64,000 nt of DNA from Catajapyx aquilonaris (taxonomy: Eukaryota). Every line of letters begins with the position of its first letter. Position 1 is the stretch's first letter. Shown in pieces: positions 36,592 through 51,004 of this stretch. The stretch lies in NCBI GenBank assembly GCA_000934665.2, contig JYFJ02001738.1, positions 1 through 64,000 on the forward strand, read 5' to 3'. The notes below the pieces were generated by a model. The model did not search any database and was not told the DNA's origin. It worked only from the letters and a program-made list of their open reading frames with translations. The position numbers were made by a program, and so were the translations under genes.

Positions 36592-39500
36592 AGTGGGCAC
36601 AGTTGGTACGAAAGAAATGCTCTTTTGAAACCTTTAGCCACAAAGGTCGCAATATTTAGGACATGCCTTTTTTTTCCTGTACCTAGCTAGGTCTTCTGAC
36701 CTCGAATTGATTGTGGATAGAGTATTTGATTTTATAGAATCCGATAGTTTGAATACCTTGCCCAGCCAGGTGGTCCAGACACATTAAAATGCTGGGCCTC
36801 CACGGCAGAAAATAAATAAATGAATTCTGGTGATGTCGGTCCCAGCACGTCCGGAAGAAAGAGAAAAATTCAGATTGGATTCCCCAGAGGCCCGGTCCCT
36901 TCATCTCAGCACGTGCATATTACGCCCAGATATCCCCCAAGAGGAAGCAGCACAGACTTTTCAAAAACCCCTCCCTCCCTCCTACCCTCCATCCCCGCCT
37001 TTCCCTATTCTTCTCATCAACGGCCATTTCTAGTCTGCAGGCACGGCGCTCTTTGAAAAGACGGCCGCGTCATTGGCGCTGCCCCCGAAAAGGACCCCGA
37101 AAGGAGTCCAAAATGCAAAACAGCCGCCACTTGGGCAATTGACGACTTGGCAAATCGCGACCTCCGCATTGGCCAAACTTCCCTCTGCTTGAAAAGACCC
37201 CCATAGCTATGGGTCTAGCAGCCAAACAGTAAACATGGCTTCCTTATTTAGGTTGTGTAGGGGGGTCCCCTAGACTGTCCTCCAAGAATACGGTTTTCCT
37301 ATCTCCTTTACTGCCGGAAAACGAGTTCCGACGTCTCGTATCGCAGCGGGGGCCACTTGGCCGCAGTGGCCCCGAAGAGACACGGGCACAAACCTCGGGC
37401 AATTCTTTCTCTAAATTTCTTCGCTTCATCCAACCCGGCAATTCTTAAAAAAGAGAGACATTTTTCGGAGAGAATGGTAGGGATAACCTTGTTCTACTGC
37501 GAGCTAATAGTCGTCCCTGACCCCCTCTTATTGGGCTTGTTTGGAGCTCCGGAACCCGGGGTCACCCGAAATTGAGTTGAAAATGTGCTCAAAAAGCGTA
37601 GGGTTCGTCAGGAATCGTCTCTCCAGGTTTTATTGCTGGATGAGATTTTCTTTGGCCTTTCCAGTGCCGTTTCGAATTTTCTCATCCAATCAGAGCGGTC
37701 CATTTTTTTTAAAAAAAAGAGAAAGATCTCGTAAGTCGCGTCGGTTTGGTACACACATGGGGGAGGGTTCAGACTTATGAGACATTGATTTTTTTTTTCA
37801 GAGTGGGGGAGAACAAGGTAGGAAAAGGAGGGTCACAAATTTTATGGTCGCCGAAGAGAGGGGTTGCAGAAATCTTTTGGAGGGGGCCAGGATTTCTTCC
37901 TAGACAGGGGCTTTCATTGTCATGGATAAATCCTCCTTTTCTACAAGATGTTGGATCGGGAGATGTCGTCTCGATTTTCATTCGTCTGAGAGTGTCCTCT
38001 GTTCTGGATCTCGACTGTCGATGCTTCTCAGGAATTTTTTAAGGAGGAAAAAAAAGGGGGAGTTGGAATTGATTGCCTGCTTCTTGCCTGCGTCTTAATG
38101 TCTCGTTAGCAGCACAATTTGGTAATTAAGCCATGGAATCCCTCATTTCTAGTGCAGGAGTAATAAAAGTGGGGAGGAAACGCCACGCACGTGGGTTGAA
38201 TATTGCTATACTGTAACGGCAGTACTTTTTTTTTTAGTACCCGCCCAGGTTGTTACGAGTTTTCCTTCCACTGTCTGAAACTGCCGAAATACTGCCGTTT
38301 TCCTTGAGAAGTAATGTTCTTAGGGTGCCTTGCGCCATTTTTGTCCCTCATCCCATTTCTTTATTACACTGCGAAACTCATTTCATCACCGCACAGGAAA
38401 ACTAAACCTGCGATCCATCATATGCCCAGTACATTTCACAAAAGGCTTTCAACAAGAGTTTCCTTCTGAGTCGTGTAATTTGTCAGTCCGTGATAATTCC
38501 TGAAAAGATTTTGTCTCGTCTAAAGACGCTGCTGTGCATAATGCCACCCCGTTTTGCCGGCACACACTCTGTCAAGTTGTTGGCAGCGTCCGGGAGATTG
38601 CAGCAACCGAAGTAAATAAACGCGGTGGAAATGGCGGAAACTGATTCGCGGACATGAATAGTTTTATGAGCCTGGGTACTTGTCAAGAGATGCCAGTACA
38701 GAGGGTAAGCTTTTGATAACCCCCGCTCTGGTATAAATGCAAACCCCATTTCCACAGTTCAAAGGCGTGCAGAATTCCACTTGAAACATGCTCGGAAATT
38801 TAGTACAGCCTTTTTCCAACCGGCCTTTCACTTTGATATCTGTAACCCTAAACTGTCATTTGCATTCATGCCATGACCGGCACCAAGAAGAAGCTGCAGC
38901 AGTCGACTTTCATGCCCACCTGACGAGACCATGCACATTCCACCAACTCATCTCCAGAACTCTCTCTCTCTCCCCCCCCCCCCACCCCCATACCATCCCT
39001 CTCACTTTGTCTGCTGCTGGAAAACATAACCGAGCTATTAGGGCCATTATCAAGAGGCCTGGCAGTTTGGGAGCTGACTTGTAAACGGGGCTTGCATGCC
39101 GCTCGCCTTCTCACGTGAACATTTCCCGCAAAGGTGTTCCATGGTAATTCGGCTTCCAAATGATCGCCCGTCATCACGAAACTTGTACGGAAAAAAGAAG
39201 GGGGGAGACTCCACTTGGCCAAAACCCCGCCCCTGCTGTCTTCTTTTGAGCAAAGGCAATCTTTCTTGCGTCAGGCCTAGCCTCTCAGGCTGTATTTTCT
39301 CATCTCACGTTGCAGCAGGCGGGGGACCTCAGCCCAAGTCCCCCGCGAGACTTTCCCCCTGACGTGCTAACCCCCGTTTTAACTCCTTCCACGCCCTGTT
39401 CTAATGCCCCGCCTCTTCAGATGGGATCAACGCTTTTGACATTTCTTAACACTTGTTCGCGTGATCTCCAGCGAGGAAAAGAAAAGCTGGTTGGGAGTTG

Positions 39501-40092
39501 GTGTGAAGCAAAGGACTGCCCTTAAAACACTGGCCTGCTACTGCTAGGTGACACTTTCGGACGGTTGATATACCGCCGTGTTGAATGGACAACCGATTAA
39601 GTAGTACATCTCGGAGCATGACATGATCATGATCAAATGTGTAGCTTGTAGTGCCAAATGCATGCGTAAGAAAGTGGGCAAATAATGCATAAAATGACAC
39701 ATCAAACAAAATATTGCGTATGTAGACTGTCAGTTTAAGACTGTCCGTAAGCTCTGCATGTAGGGGACAAAATGAAGATGACTATTATCTTAAGCTCCAA
39801 TAACGAGTTCATGTAAATATTGGAAATGTGCTCTAATGCGAATGTACAGTGTATTCTTGACGTATACAGTGCGTTGCTGTATACGTAGGAGCAGAGACAT
39901 CACTGTTAACTCGTTGAATCATTGCAACCCAGCGTCTTCATCATCTTGGCCACATGTACAAAGTACAGTAGGCTACATTGCATACACAGTGTGCAGTGTG
40001 TTCCCATTCCTTTTAGTTATCGCAAAGTTTCGTCCGAAGTTGTAATTTTTGTCTCGCCCAATTGTATAGCATCTTCTATATTCGCCCACACC

Positions 40093-40425
40093 GGGGAGGT
40101 GTGGTGGCCGAGATGGTATGTCTCGGCTTGCTGAGTGAAAATTCCCAGGTTCGATCCCCGCCTGGGATTTCCCTTTCACCTGCGTCGGGAGGGTCTCTGA
40201 CCCGCACCTTGGAGGTGTCTGACAACCTAACCTCCTGGGGAACAGCACATGACACCTTTTCAGACATTGCACTTGCAGCCGTGTTCCCTCCCCAAAAATC
40301 CCCCTCCTTACTCAATGTCCTGCTTGTTTCCTTGCACCAGTGAATGAAGAAAAAGTATTACAACAGAAAACTGATGGTGTTGTGCCCCTATAAGGGCTTA
40401 CAGTCCTATCACGGGGTTTAAAAAA
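40093..40425 (+). mobile_element. tRNA-derived SINE, second copy of the same family
   Basis: A box TGGCCGAGATGG (40105-40116) and B box GGTTCGATCC (40148-40157). The body is collinear with 14585-14915 (ggaggtgtctg.caacctaacctcctggggaacagcacatgac; ccttgcacc.gtgaatgaag; tatcacggggt). Short A tail; TSD degenerate. Confidence 0.9.
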
Positions 40426-41542
40426 TCTTCCACACCTAGGAATAGTTGGGCACATCGATAAGGGCGCAAAAAGCTACACAAAAATAACAACTTATGAGAA
40501 AATTATAACTGAAAGGAAACAAATATTTGGAACACCCTGTATATCGTTATGTCGGTCTGAAACCATGATATTTGTATCCATTTGTAAGGTGGCTTTATTT
40601 CATGCTGTCCCAACCTGGATGTGAAATAATGGTCTACTTCTGTTTCAATATGAACCTTATAATTCAGAGTAAGGTAACTTTCCTTGCCAGCAAAAAAGTA
40701 GTCAGATACGTAATCTGTGTTAACAACCACAAAAAAACAGCACGGGAGCAACTTCTTGTCAGTTTCAGTTTGAGATTTTTTGTCGTAAACTCTTCAGTTA
40801 TTTCCTAACTGTACCTTTTAGAGGCTATCTAAAATGCTAGCTGCTAATATTATGGATAATAATAATTTTGATTGTCGTGTGATTTTCGTGGCAGTAAACT
40901 TCAGGCTAATTTGCTTCTCATGATGGTTATTTATTCCCCTGCCTTCCACAATGTGTTTTGTCTTCAATTTTTTAAATCAACGAGCATACGAGTGGCTTAT
41001 TTACAACTAGTGGGGTTGTTTTTGCCATATTTCCGGTACTGTCTATCTATCTATCTACTGCTAATTTACAATACAGTACCGTACCCAGTGTGGTGGATAA
41101 CTCCTCCAGATGTCAGGTCATGCAATTTGAGACACTCAACTGCTATTTTACTGGCTATTTTTTCACTCTTTATAGCTACGAGTGTTATGGGCCTAGATTT
41201 CAAAAATATGATTCGGTCAATGACCTCGGGAATAATAATAATGGAATATATTGTTAAAAATGGAACACTCGCAATGTCTTACACTTGATTAGTGCGCTAT
41301 CGATACTATTTTGGGAGTCCCAATATGACCTCCCTATGCGTATTCCAGTGTATAGCCTATAGAGGATGTCTGCTGTCCGTCGAGTGATATTCATTTGTTC
41401 AGAACATCAGAATGCCAACAGCTAGAGTGTAATCAACAACGGTCGTCACGGAGTAGTGACGGTCGTCAACGTAGATGTCATTCTTGTCCCTCAGATCAGG
41501 TCTAGCTGTCAACAAGAAAGGACGTTCCAAAGCATTGCCAAT

Positions 41543-41968
41543 ATGGCGTTCATTCTTCGTCTTATCATCTCCGCCTCTTTCGGGATTCGATCTCTGTTTT
41601 CGAGCAAGAGGACTGCTGGCACGGTGAGCCTGGCCGAGCTGATAAACATGGGGAAAGAAGAGGTGGGGAACGACGGTCCTCTTGTGGAAAGATGTTGCTG
41701 CCCCAGAAGGTGCGTGGTCACAGAGCCACAGACTGAGGAGAAGAGGTCAATTGAAGAGGAGGACGCGTCCAAGGACCTCACAGTTGTCATCATCTCCCGA
41801 CCCGAGGACGACATGAGCAAGGAGTTTCATGACCATGCAGAGGTTGCCTCCGAGGACCACCTATCCGAGGAGGACCCGGACGAAAAAGACTTTGCGACCT
41901 ACGTCGTTTACGACTGCCTCCGCATCTACAAGTCCGCCCTAATGGAGAGGGCTAAGACTTCCGTTCAG
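41543..41968 (+). CDS. Putative first coding exon of a small orphan gene (acidic protein, about 152 aa when spliced)
   Basis: GC-rich, stop-free, codon-like block in AT-rich flanks. Upstream acceptor-like ttcttgtccctcag| at 41494 and ATG in aatATGg context at 41543. The 142 codons (MAFILRLIISASFGIRSLF...ERCCCPRRC...EEDPDEKDFATYVVYDCLRIYKSALMERAKTSVQ) end at CAG|GTATAC, where composition turns AT-rich. No family recognised. Confidence 0.5.
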
Positions 41969-42298
41969 GTATACCACGATTTACTTAATATTGTCTATAG
42001 TTCAGTAATAGCACCAGTTGTCGTGTTTGTCTTTTTAAGGGGGAGCAGTAGTAAATATACGGTATTGCATTTCGAAGGAAACTTAATTTTTTGGCGCGAA
42101 ACCCGTCGTTAATATAGAAAAACACGAACTAAGTGCCCTACGCCAAATCATCTAGTTTCTTTTGGTGCAATTTTTGTGTCGATCGAACCATTTTTGCGGG
42201 CGTACGGCCGTATAAATGTAGACATGTTGAATCCTCCAATGTTTCCATGCATAAACAAGTTTGTTGGGGTCGCCGCCAAGGGGTGCTGCTTGTCGCAG

Positions 42299-42331
42299 GA
42301 AAGATACAAGGCGAACAACCGTTATGTGTAG
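42299..42331 (+). CDS. Putative terminal coding exon of the same orphan gene (ERYKANNRYV*)
   Basis: Acceptor tgctgcttgtcgcag|G at 42298/42299 joins in phase 0 to the exon ending at 41968. TAG ends at 42331, and AATAAA lies at 42371-42376. Confidence 0.35.
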   Translation, partial: ERYKANNRYV

Positions 42332-45300
42332 ATGCGCTGTTTTTTCGAAGTACGGCAGAATAAGCTTCTTAATAAATCTGAAAAATGTCTTGCAAATACA
42401 TTGGAGGTGTCACCTGTCACAAATTTCCAGTGGTTGAGTATAATATATATTGCAAATGAAGACCTAAAACGAGGAATGATCAGGGTCACAATTAAATGAT
42501 TTCGAAATTGAATGGTGTGAAATTGAAGATTACTCCTTATACTGTAATATTGCTCTAGTGGGAAGCTAACTTTGATCATCAGAAGTCCGGCAAAGATTGT
42601 ACGTAACACCATGCATGACTCAATTTCTACCAAAATGTGACTGTTGCAAATCAGGTCTTCAACTGTATATAAGGTATTGTTTTTCAATAATTACGGATAT
42701 TACATTCACTTGATTCTTCCATCTATGATGCTACACAGACTGTATTATTCAAGTAGTGTAAAAAAGTAACATGCACATTGCAGTTAGCTATTCTGCAAAA
42801 GCATGTCTTTGATTTAAGAAAATGGGTATCCACTTATATTATGATCTGAATGTCCTTTAACGTCAACTGAAGAACCTTATGGGCAGTTTGAGATTTTGTG
42901 TTGGTGTATTTTAGTGCTAGAAAGCATTATTAATGACTCCGAAGTATTTTGGTGGTTATAGTTAAATAATACAAATAAAATCATTCTTAACTTTCCTGAT
43001 AGTAACAACAGTGAATCATTCCAGGTTGATAAATACTAAAGCCAGCAGACCTTAGGCGCTGAACCAGCTGATGTCTCCTTCTTGCAAAGAGGACTATCTT
43101 CACGATACGCTATAAAAAAACTATGAGTTTTTCATGTTATACATCGCCATCCCCATTTTATTTTTACGTAAGCAAAACACTCATTTTATATAACTATAGT
43201 GTTTCGGTACAAAGTGGGTGTTATGGCCAATAAAATGCGTTGTTCTAGCTATTCAGTTATATTTATATTTTCTTGATTCTACTGTATGAGCTACTGTGTG
43301 CCCATGCAAACACTGCTGTATTGAAATATCCTGTTCAATACGATAGTAGGATATAACAGAATATTTCGACATAAAATGTTGTCACGTTGTTTTACCTGAT
43401 TGGTGAACCAAATAATGCGACATAGAGAATATGTTGCCATCTAGGGGTCATCTTCAATACTCGATTGCTGATAGATCTTGAGAGTGGGAGATAACGGGAG
43501 ATTGCCCTTCTTCTCAGAAAAATCCCATTAAAGGGTTGAGAAGATCTGCTAAACCGTGTAAGGAAATCTGTCGCTCAACTCTGGGATCAAACAATCATAA
43601 TATTGGCACTATTTAATATTTAGCAACTTTACTAACCAATTGTTGGTGATCATAAACAGCGAAACTTTCAATAACATCCTTAAGCCCCATATTTCGCTCC
43701 TTTTGAGGGGTTGAGTAACCCCAAATCAAGAGTCAGGATTGAATCCAGAGTCGAGTTGGACCATTATACATAACGAAAAACAAGCCCTGGGAAACTTGAC
43801 ATAGACCACAGAAACAGCATCTCTCTCTTTCAGGTAATAAACACCATCGTACGTACTACACCTTCGTACAGTGTCCTTGTCCCTCAGATCCATCCCTATA
43901 TGAGGTCGTACCATGTATGATCATCCAACCTGTCTCCTTTGGTAAGCTCAAAAACACTTTCCAACTCAACGCTGGCGACAATTTTCGAACTCTCTAAACT
44001 GCGTTGGCGAAGTCTCCGGATCCAACTTGACCTCATGGATTGAACTGTCATTATGGATACAAACGGTTAACCCCCTCACATGGATTCAGCCCCGCCCATA
44101 CGCGTTAACTTCTCTAACTCGAATCTTCCTTAAATCAAAGTTTTTCTGATCCCTTGCAAATTCGAGATGTACAAGTTCCACTGTGGGAGACACTGTAGGC
44201 CTCTTGTAAATCTGTCAGAAGCAGCAAAGTTCTCGCAAATATAGGCGCACTCAATTCAGTCTTGCTGGATCTGTAAAAGCGTCAAGTGCAAATGCTGGCC
44301 ACTAATATGTAGCCCCCTCAAATAATAGCCGCTGGCATACTACATACGCATAGTACAAGCTTGTGGTTGACAATGTGGTATGTGCAATTACGTGTGAATG
44401 GGCAGCCCCAGGTCGTAGAGGGTCAAATGAATGCAAAAATACAATAGAAGAATGGACGTATTTACCAGAACCGCAAAATGTTTGATACTGCGAGGGTCCA
44501 GCCCTCCCTGCCAGTGATAAAAAGCAGCTAAATGCCAGCGCTGATCGAAAAATATTTCCATGAAACCCAACCATCTCGCATGACCAACTCCCATCACGAG
44601 AATAAAACCCACTCTGGCCCTAGCGCACGTGAAGTTGCATATATCCACTGCCAGCGGCCTCTGTACATCCATCTTGGTATAGGAAGCCTAGAACACATAT
44701 TCGCTGTCGTAAGGCAGTGGAGCTGCACAAAGCCCTCCCCTTTCGTGCCTCAGATATATCTCGACCATCTAACACGCCATCGACGAAACGTTGCATAAAT
44801 CAAAGCATGTGCGAGTTTTGCCGGGACTGGAGTTATAACTTAATTGAGTAGGGGGTTTGGCGGGGTTTACTTCCGCGTCATATTGGCGCAGGGTGGCCTG
44901 ATACTTTCAACACTAATTATGTGACATTTGTCCGAACGGTTGGCACCATGTCCAGAACTTATCGTCAGTGGAGAGTGACCTCGCAGATGATGAAAAAAAG
45001 GTGGTGCAGAGTTAGTGGAGCAGCAGGACTAAATATGGAGGTCGAGTCCCTTAGTTGGAGCAATTTGGGAGTTTACGTGCGGTAGAGAAGAGTTTAAACC
45101 TATCCTCCGGGACAAATGCCGTGTTTCCGCTATTCATCTTGCCTCTATTCCAGCCGACTTCCTCTCGGAAACGGAGACATTAGGCAGCATGCTAGTGCCA
45201 CTTTCATGCTGCCCTAATCCTAACGCTTCCGTAACCTACAACCCCCAGATATGCACGTTTGCGGCATTTACAGTGGCACTTGTGCCCTTTACGTCCATTC

Positions 45301-48300
45301 ATTCGTGCACCATTACAGCTCTGTATGCGAAATCCCCTATCGGTTTGGTTCTGGGTTCAATCATGTTGGGAATCAGTCGGGGGAGTAAAACGGACATTTG
45401 AACCGTGCAGGGCTGGGGCGAGCAAACTAGTTATGAAATTATGAGGCACTTTCCTCTGTCCATCAGCTGGAGGCTGGCTCATCATGAACCTAATTTCCGA
45501 GCAGATGCTGTTTGCTCCATCGGCCACCATTTCCAAACACTTCTGGACTTTCCGCATCCATCCTCTCTCCCTAAGACTTAATGCTGAATATGATCCTGGC
45601 CCTCTTCTCCATGGAAATTCCCCAGCAATAAGTCACCAAGGACCTCCTTGAATTAAACCCAGCCATAAATCCCCACCCCCTCTGAGGGACCTGAGAAGAC
45701 CAGACAGCATCAGGAGAGTGGGTGCTCCCTGGCTAGGAAAGGAAGAAGGCAGGGGGGTGGGGGTGGGGAATCTAAAGCCCCTATTTCTTTGCATTTTTCC
45801 TCTCTCTTTAAATCTGACATTTTCCCATTAGGTCTCTGGCCCCGATTGCAGCTTCCTCCACCAACCCCAAAGCTACCGTTTCAAATGGCCAAGTTTCAAG
45901 CCTCCACTGCCGCATAAAATACGACAATTCTCGCCGGATGATTTTGGGCCTGTGATTTACTGCACGTGACATTGGACTTGGCCATTGAAAACTTGCTCTT
46001 CCAACAGACTCATACCGGGTGATCTGTATGCCGAGGAGCTTGTAAGCAGACCGTAACAGGAAGCTACGATTCCCCTCTCAGGGTCGCTTCCCTCATAGTC
46101 CATTTCCCCACAAATCGATAGGGTCTTTCTTCCTCAAGAAGTGCGAGCACTTGCTGGGGTTGGTTGCTAGGTCGGATGCACACACACTTGCGCCTACTTT
46201 AATACCGGCTTAGGTGGTTGGCTTTTCCGGCCAACACGGTTCATTACGTGACGAAATGAAAGTAGAGAGCCCGCAGATTCAGAGCTGGGGGGGATTATTT
46301 ATCGCCGCTCATTTGTCTCCTGATGGCACGACCTCGGCACAAGGAACGAGACTAACGGATTGAAATTCCCAGACGACGCCGACGACGACGACGCCGGCGT
46401 AAGGATCAAATTGGCGGCTCCTTTTCCTCTTGCTGAGAAAGGAAACTAATGTCGTATGGTACCAAGGTCGAAACTGAGTCGTCACAACTCCCTTTACACT
46501 TCTCGCACCTAAAATTAATGCTTTCCAGGAAACTCGAGCTGTACACTGCGCCGCCATTGCTTCACCCGACACGTGCTTTTTCTCAGAAATAATCGATAAG
46601 GAAGACATGGCCAGAACTGGACGTGAAGAGGATCCTTTATTCATTCTAATGGTGACCAGCCCTATATCCTGGATGCTAGTGCAACCCACACTACAGCTTC
46701 AGGCGGAGGAACCGCATCACCTGATCTGGTGATTAATGAGCCCTCTGGTGTCTTACAATACCAATTCCACCCTCCTGTCGGCCTCCCTGAGCCGATCTCT
46801 GAACCGTGAGGTGGAAAAATACCTCATTTGGAACGAGGAATCACTCGAAAAACGATCGTGTCAATTCATCAATCTCTCCCGAATGTAAATAGCATCAATC
46901 AAAATCGATTCTTCTGTGCAAGCTCACTCTAGCATAATAACCCCAGTTTTGCAAATGAATTCCGGGCTTTTATGAGAGTTAGTTCCACGTGCTAGGAGTT
47001 ATGAGCGATAGGTATAAAACAATCCCCCCAACAAAGAAAGCAAACATGCCGGGAGTTCCATATAGCTGGGCTTTTGGATGCTGTCTTCTCCACTCCCCAC
47101 CTCCCCACCTGACCTGAGGCTTCTTCTCTTTTCCATGGTGAAGGCAGGCAGGCACGTAGCAGGTACAATTTTCCCCCGAGGCCTCACCGCACTCTCAACT
47201 GCCAATCTTGCCAGGCCGAAAACCCATTACTAACCAAAGGCCCCGGAGAGAATTTCTCACCTAGCGCGTTTCCAAAATTATCCCTGGCTATGTCTCGGGA
47301 AACTTCGAGCCCGGAAACAACTTTGCTGACACATATAGTCCGATTGGCTGGAAATGGTTGCATGCGGAAAATCTCTTCCGAGGCTTGGGGGCAAGGAAAG
47401 GAGCTTCAGGAAGTACCTGGCAAGAAGATGGTTTTCAATCGCAGCTAGATGAACAAAGAGGATCTTATGCGGCTTGATATAATCCGCGTAAGTACAGATC
47501 AGGAGAAATGACAGTGTCGGAGAGATAAGCGGCTTACTATTCTTGGAAGTATTATGGGTTGACACAAGGGACAAAAACTTGGAAGTGAAACGGTTGACTG
47601 CAAACACTAGACATCCTGGCCCCTGCGGCTCTGCATTTTAGCAGAAATTCACACACGCTTTTGGTTACCACCACTGTGCGTTGACCAATCCTCGACAAAC
47701 AAGTCGGCGAGTCCAATGGAGCGTGGTCGTGCCTCCCAGGAAAAGCCTGGCCAAAGCTACAAAAGGTAGGCTTGCAGAGTTACCAGCTCCTCTTTGTCAT
47801 ACGAGACAAATCCAGAGTCTGGACGTGCAAATATTGACTTTGGGCTACTCTGTGGTAACTCGGCGTCTGGCGATATTTCATTCGTGCTGCATGCGATGAG
47901 CTCCTTTGGCTTCAAGTCTGTCCTGTTCTCTGCGGCTGTGGATGTGGCTTACTGCTGGATATGTATACAGACACGGTATAGGCCTCCCTTGTCAAATGTA
48001 CTTTTTTACAAGAGAATATATAAAAAAACAAAAGCAAGTTGATGAGGTGGGGACTGTGCTCTACTGGAAGCTTTTTCCATTACAAAATTCAATTTATTCA
48101 AAACCAGTAGATTCCCCCCAGCAGTTGAGAGAATAGCTGACGTGGTCTTTTGGCCCGGGACAAACTCTTTATATTGCACACACAACGATCTGTAGGAAAA
48201 TGGATGCTTATCTCTTATATACGATATCCTGTCAGGCTCAGCTCAGCCATCCCTTTCAGTCCAAATTACAGCATGTCATTTATCAAGTTCATACTTATTT

Positions 48301-51004
48301 GCTTTTCTCCTACATTTCCCCGGCTTCACTAACCCCTTTTCTCTTTCTCCGTCTTATTCGAAGGAGACATTTCCACGGGACCTGCCAAGGGATACAAGAA
48401 GCAAATGGGAGAGCAACGTCTACTGAATATTGATGGAGATTTCAGCCCATCTGTTTCCTAAGCAAATATTTGCCTTATTGGATATAAAGCAGCCTTGTCG
48501 GCTGTATTGGGTCTTTTCAGTAACTGAAGATTTACAAACCCATTTGCCGGCTTGAAGCTATTAGGGTGGCAGAACCCAAAGTGGCGCCTCTCTTTTCGGC
48601 GCTGCTCAAGGTGCGATAGTACCATTATGGCGGCTACATAGTCGCGGACAGAAAAACACACCAAATCATTTCAAAGTTGCAAATCGGAGTGGATGTAGTA
48701 GGAAAGGGCTTTGAAAGCGATGCGGAACGAGGCTTTCCACTCACGTAATTGGCCCTGTCCAGCACTATTCCGACCAAAGTGCTGTCGGAAACTACATTTT
48801 CAGAACGAAATAATATATGATGCCAGCAGGCAGAAAGTTGTGAATGCAAATAAGCACATCCACTATATAGACAGGCTTTTCCGAGAAACCTGTTGATGAG
48901 CCAGCTCTGTAAAATAAGCTCCTCCAGTGGCGACTACAAACCCCAGAGACCGTATCCCAACAATCCGATCCACTCTGGGGCCATTTATCACTCGGGAACA
49001 AACGAGCTCCAAAGTTTAAATTCCCAACGGGAACCGCCGAAGCAAAGCTTTCCACCAGCTTTCTTGCCCCTAGTAATTACTTACTGCATTCAACGATGCC
49101 TCCTTCTACAAGCTTGTAAGCATGCAAGTTACATGCCTTTTTTTTACCCCCACCAAAGTCCTATGGGGAAGGGCAACCGCATTAGGGAAACGGTAGAATT
49201 TGCTAGGAAAGCGTTTGGGTCCCATCACCACCAGCCAATCACCATCATCGCGACGCTATTCACTAATATCGCCATTCCAGGCCTTTTAGCAAAATTGCAG
49301 TGGGCAGTAAGCTCTGATTACGTTGTTGCATAAACCTGGCCGCTCGTGGTGTCATGGAAGCGACCACTGGAACGTGATGCACGGGTCCGAATTGTGCATC
49401 ACGCCTTTCTCATAATAATATGCCGTGATGCAGTACACCACTGGGGTAGTTGGCACCAGCAAAAACACGTTGGGTGGCATTTAAAGCTAGAGGGCTATAC
49501 AGCTGCGTTCTACCGCACTGGACCAACCCTGATTCAAATATCTGTTGCCCAATAAACAAACTGACAGTTTTAACCCTTACATATATGTTGGCTCACGCTT
49601 CGGCTCCCTTCAAAGGCACTCAAATCCGTCGGATTTTGGGGGAGGACCAGCATTATTCTGCCGTGATGCTGGATCCTCCCAGTTCATTATTTCCACTCGG
49701 CATATGATGAGTCAACCGGTACCCAAAAGGGGTTTAAAAAAGCTGGACCAGATTTTTTGAGGGGTAAAAAGATATTTCTGGGGACGAAAAACTCGTCTGC
49801 ATCTGTCACGACGAGTGATCGATTTTTACTTGGTTCGGCGACGTTCTGGCTGTATACCCCAAGCTCACAGCGGAAGGGGGCTGTTTGAATTTATAACCCA
49901 GGCCGCTACAGCACAAATGGCCAATGGAGCTCCTCGCGCATGATAATCACGTCTGACACTTGCTATCAAAACAATGATTGATAGGGGATCGGGCGTGAAG
50001 GAATCTGCTTTGAGAGCTCCAATCTCTATACTATCGTCCTACTAAAAGGTCGGTTTCAAAATGACACAGTGGGTCGACTCCAAAAAAATGGGTCCGACCT
50101 CTGAGCCGAAAGTGAAGCCAGTTTCGATAAATAGAACAGCAGCTGGGCAGGCTGTCCTCGTGTGTAAGAGCCCAACTAGTCCACTGTACTGGTCTGACCG
50201 CCATGGCCAGCGTAACTGAGATTTATGTTTCGAATTAGAGGCAAGTAGGGTGAGAGTAGGACCGGCCGGGGATAGGGGGTGCCCCATTTTCCCTCGTCTC
50301 TAGAGGTCAGCAACCTCTTTCCCTAGGGTTTCCCCCCACTTGCTCCACGCGGTTCCAGGGCTTAAAACCGAGCTCTAATGACAAAGGCGACGAGAGTCGC
50401 GCGACAATATTTTCCTCCTGATGCTCTCTTCCAGTCCAGAAAGCCTTCTTGGAACCGGAAGAATGGCACGGTTGCTAATCTCGCCTTTCATTTGGCCCAC
50501 ATCCAGATCTCTGAAAGGTGAAGCTTTTTCCTTGAAGGTGTTGGCAAGCGCCTTCCACACTGCCGCGGCTGGGACACAATAAAGAAATAGTTTTGTTATC
50601 CTGTAAACCCAGTTTAGGTTAGGTCGAGGTCCCGCATGTCAAGTGGCCGCTTGCTCGCATCCACTATGCTCCTAAGAAATTTTATTTCCGCTAGTCAGAA
50701 GCACAGCTTGGCAAAAACCTCCTTCAGATTTTATGCCATCTTATGGAGCAGTAGGCCTACAGTGTATGCTGTATTCGCTCAGAAATTTTGACCGCCCTGT
50801 AGGCCTACTAAAATTTCTGAGCGAATACACTGTAGTAGGCTACTCCATAATTGTTATATTCGCCAATAAATTTCAGTACTCGCCAACCCTATTACAGAAA
50901 CGTTCCAGTACATGAACAACCTATAGGTGTTCAAATATGCTGCACTTTGCACAAAGATTTTGACAAAATATTTGTACAAAAATTTCTGAGCGAATATACC
51001 ATTA

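Noticed and set aside
42322..42687. 121-aa minus-strand ORF
   Set aside because: AT-rich with a TTG start, no splice support, and only a vague resemblance to transposon-associated proteins.
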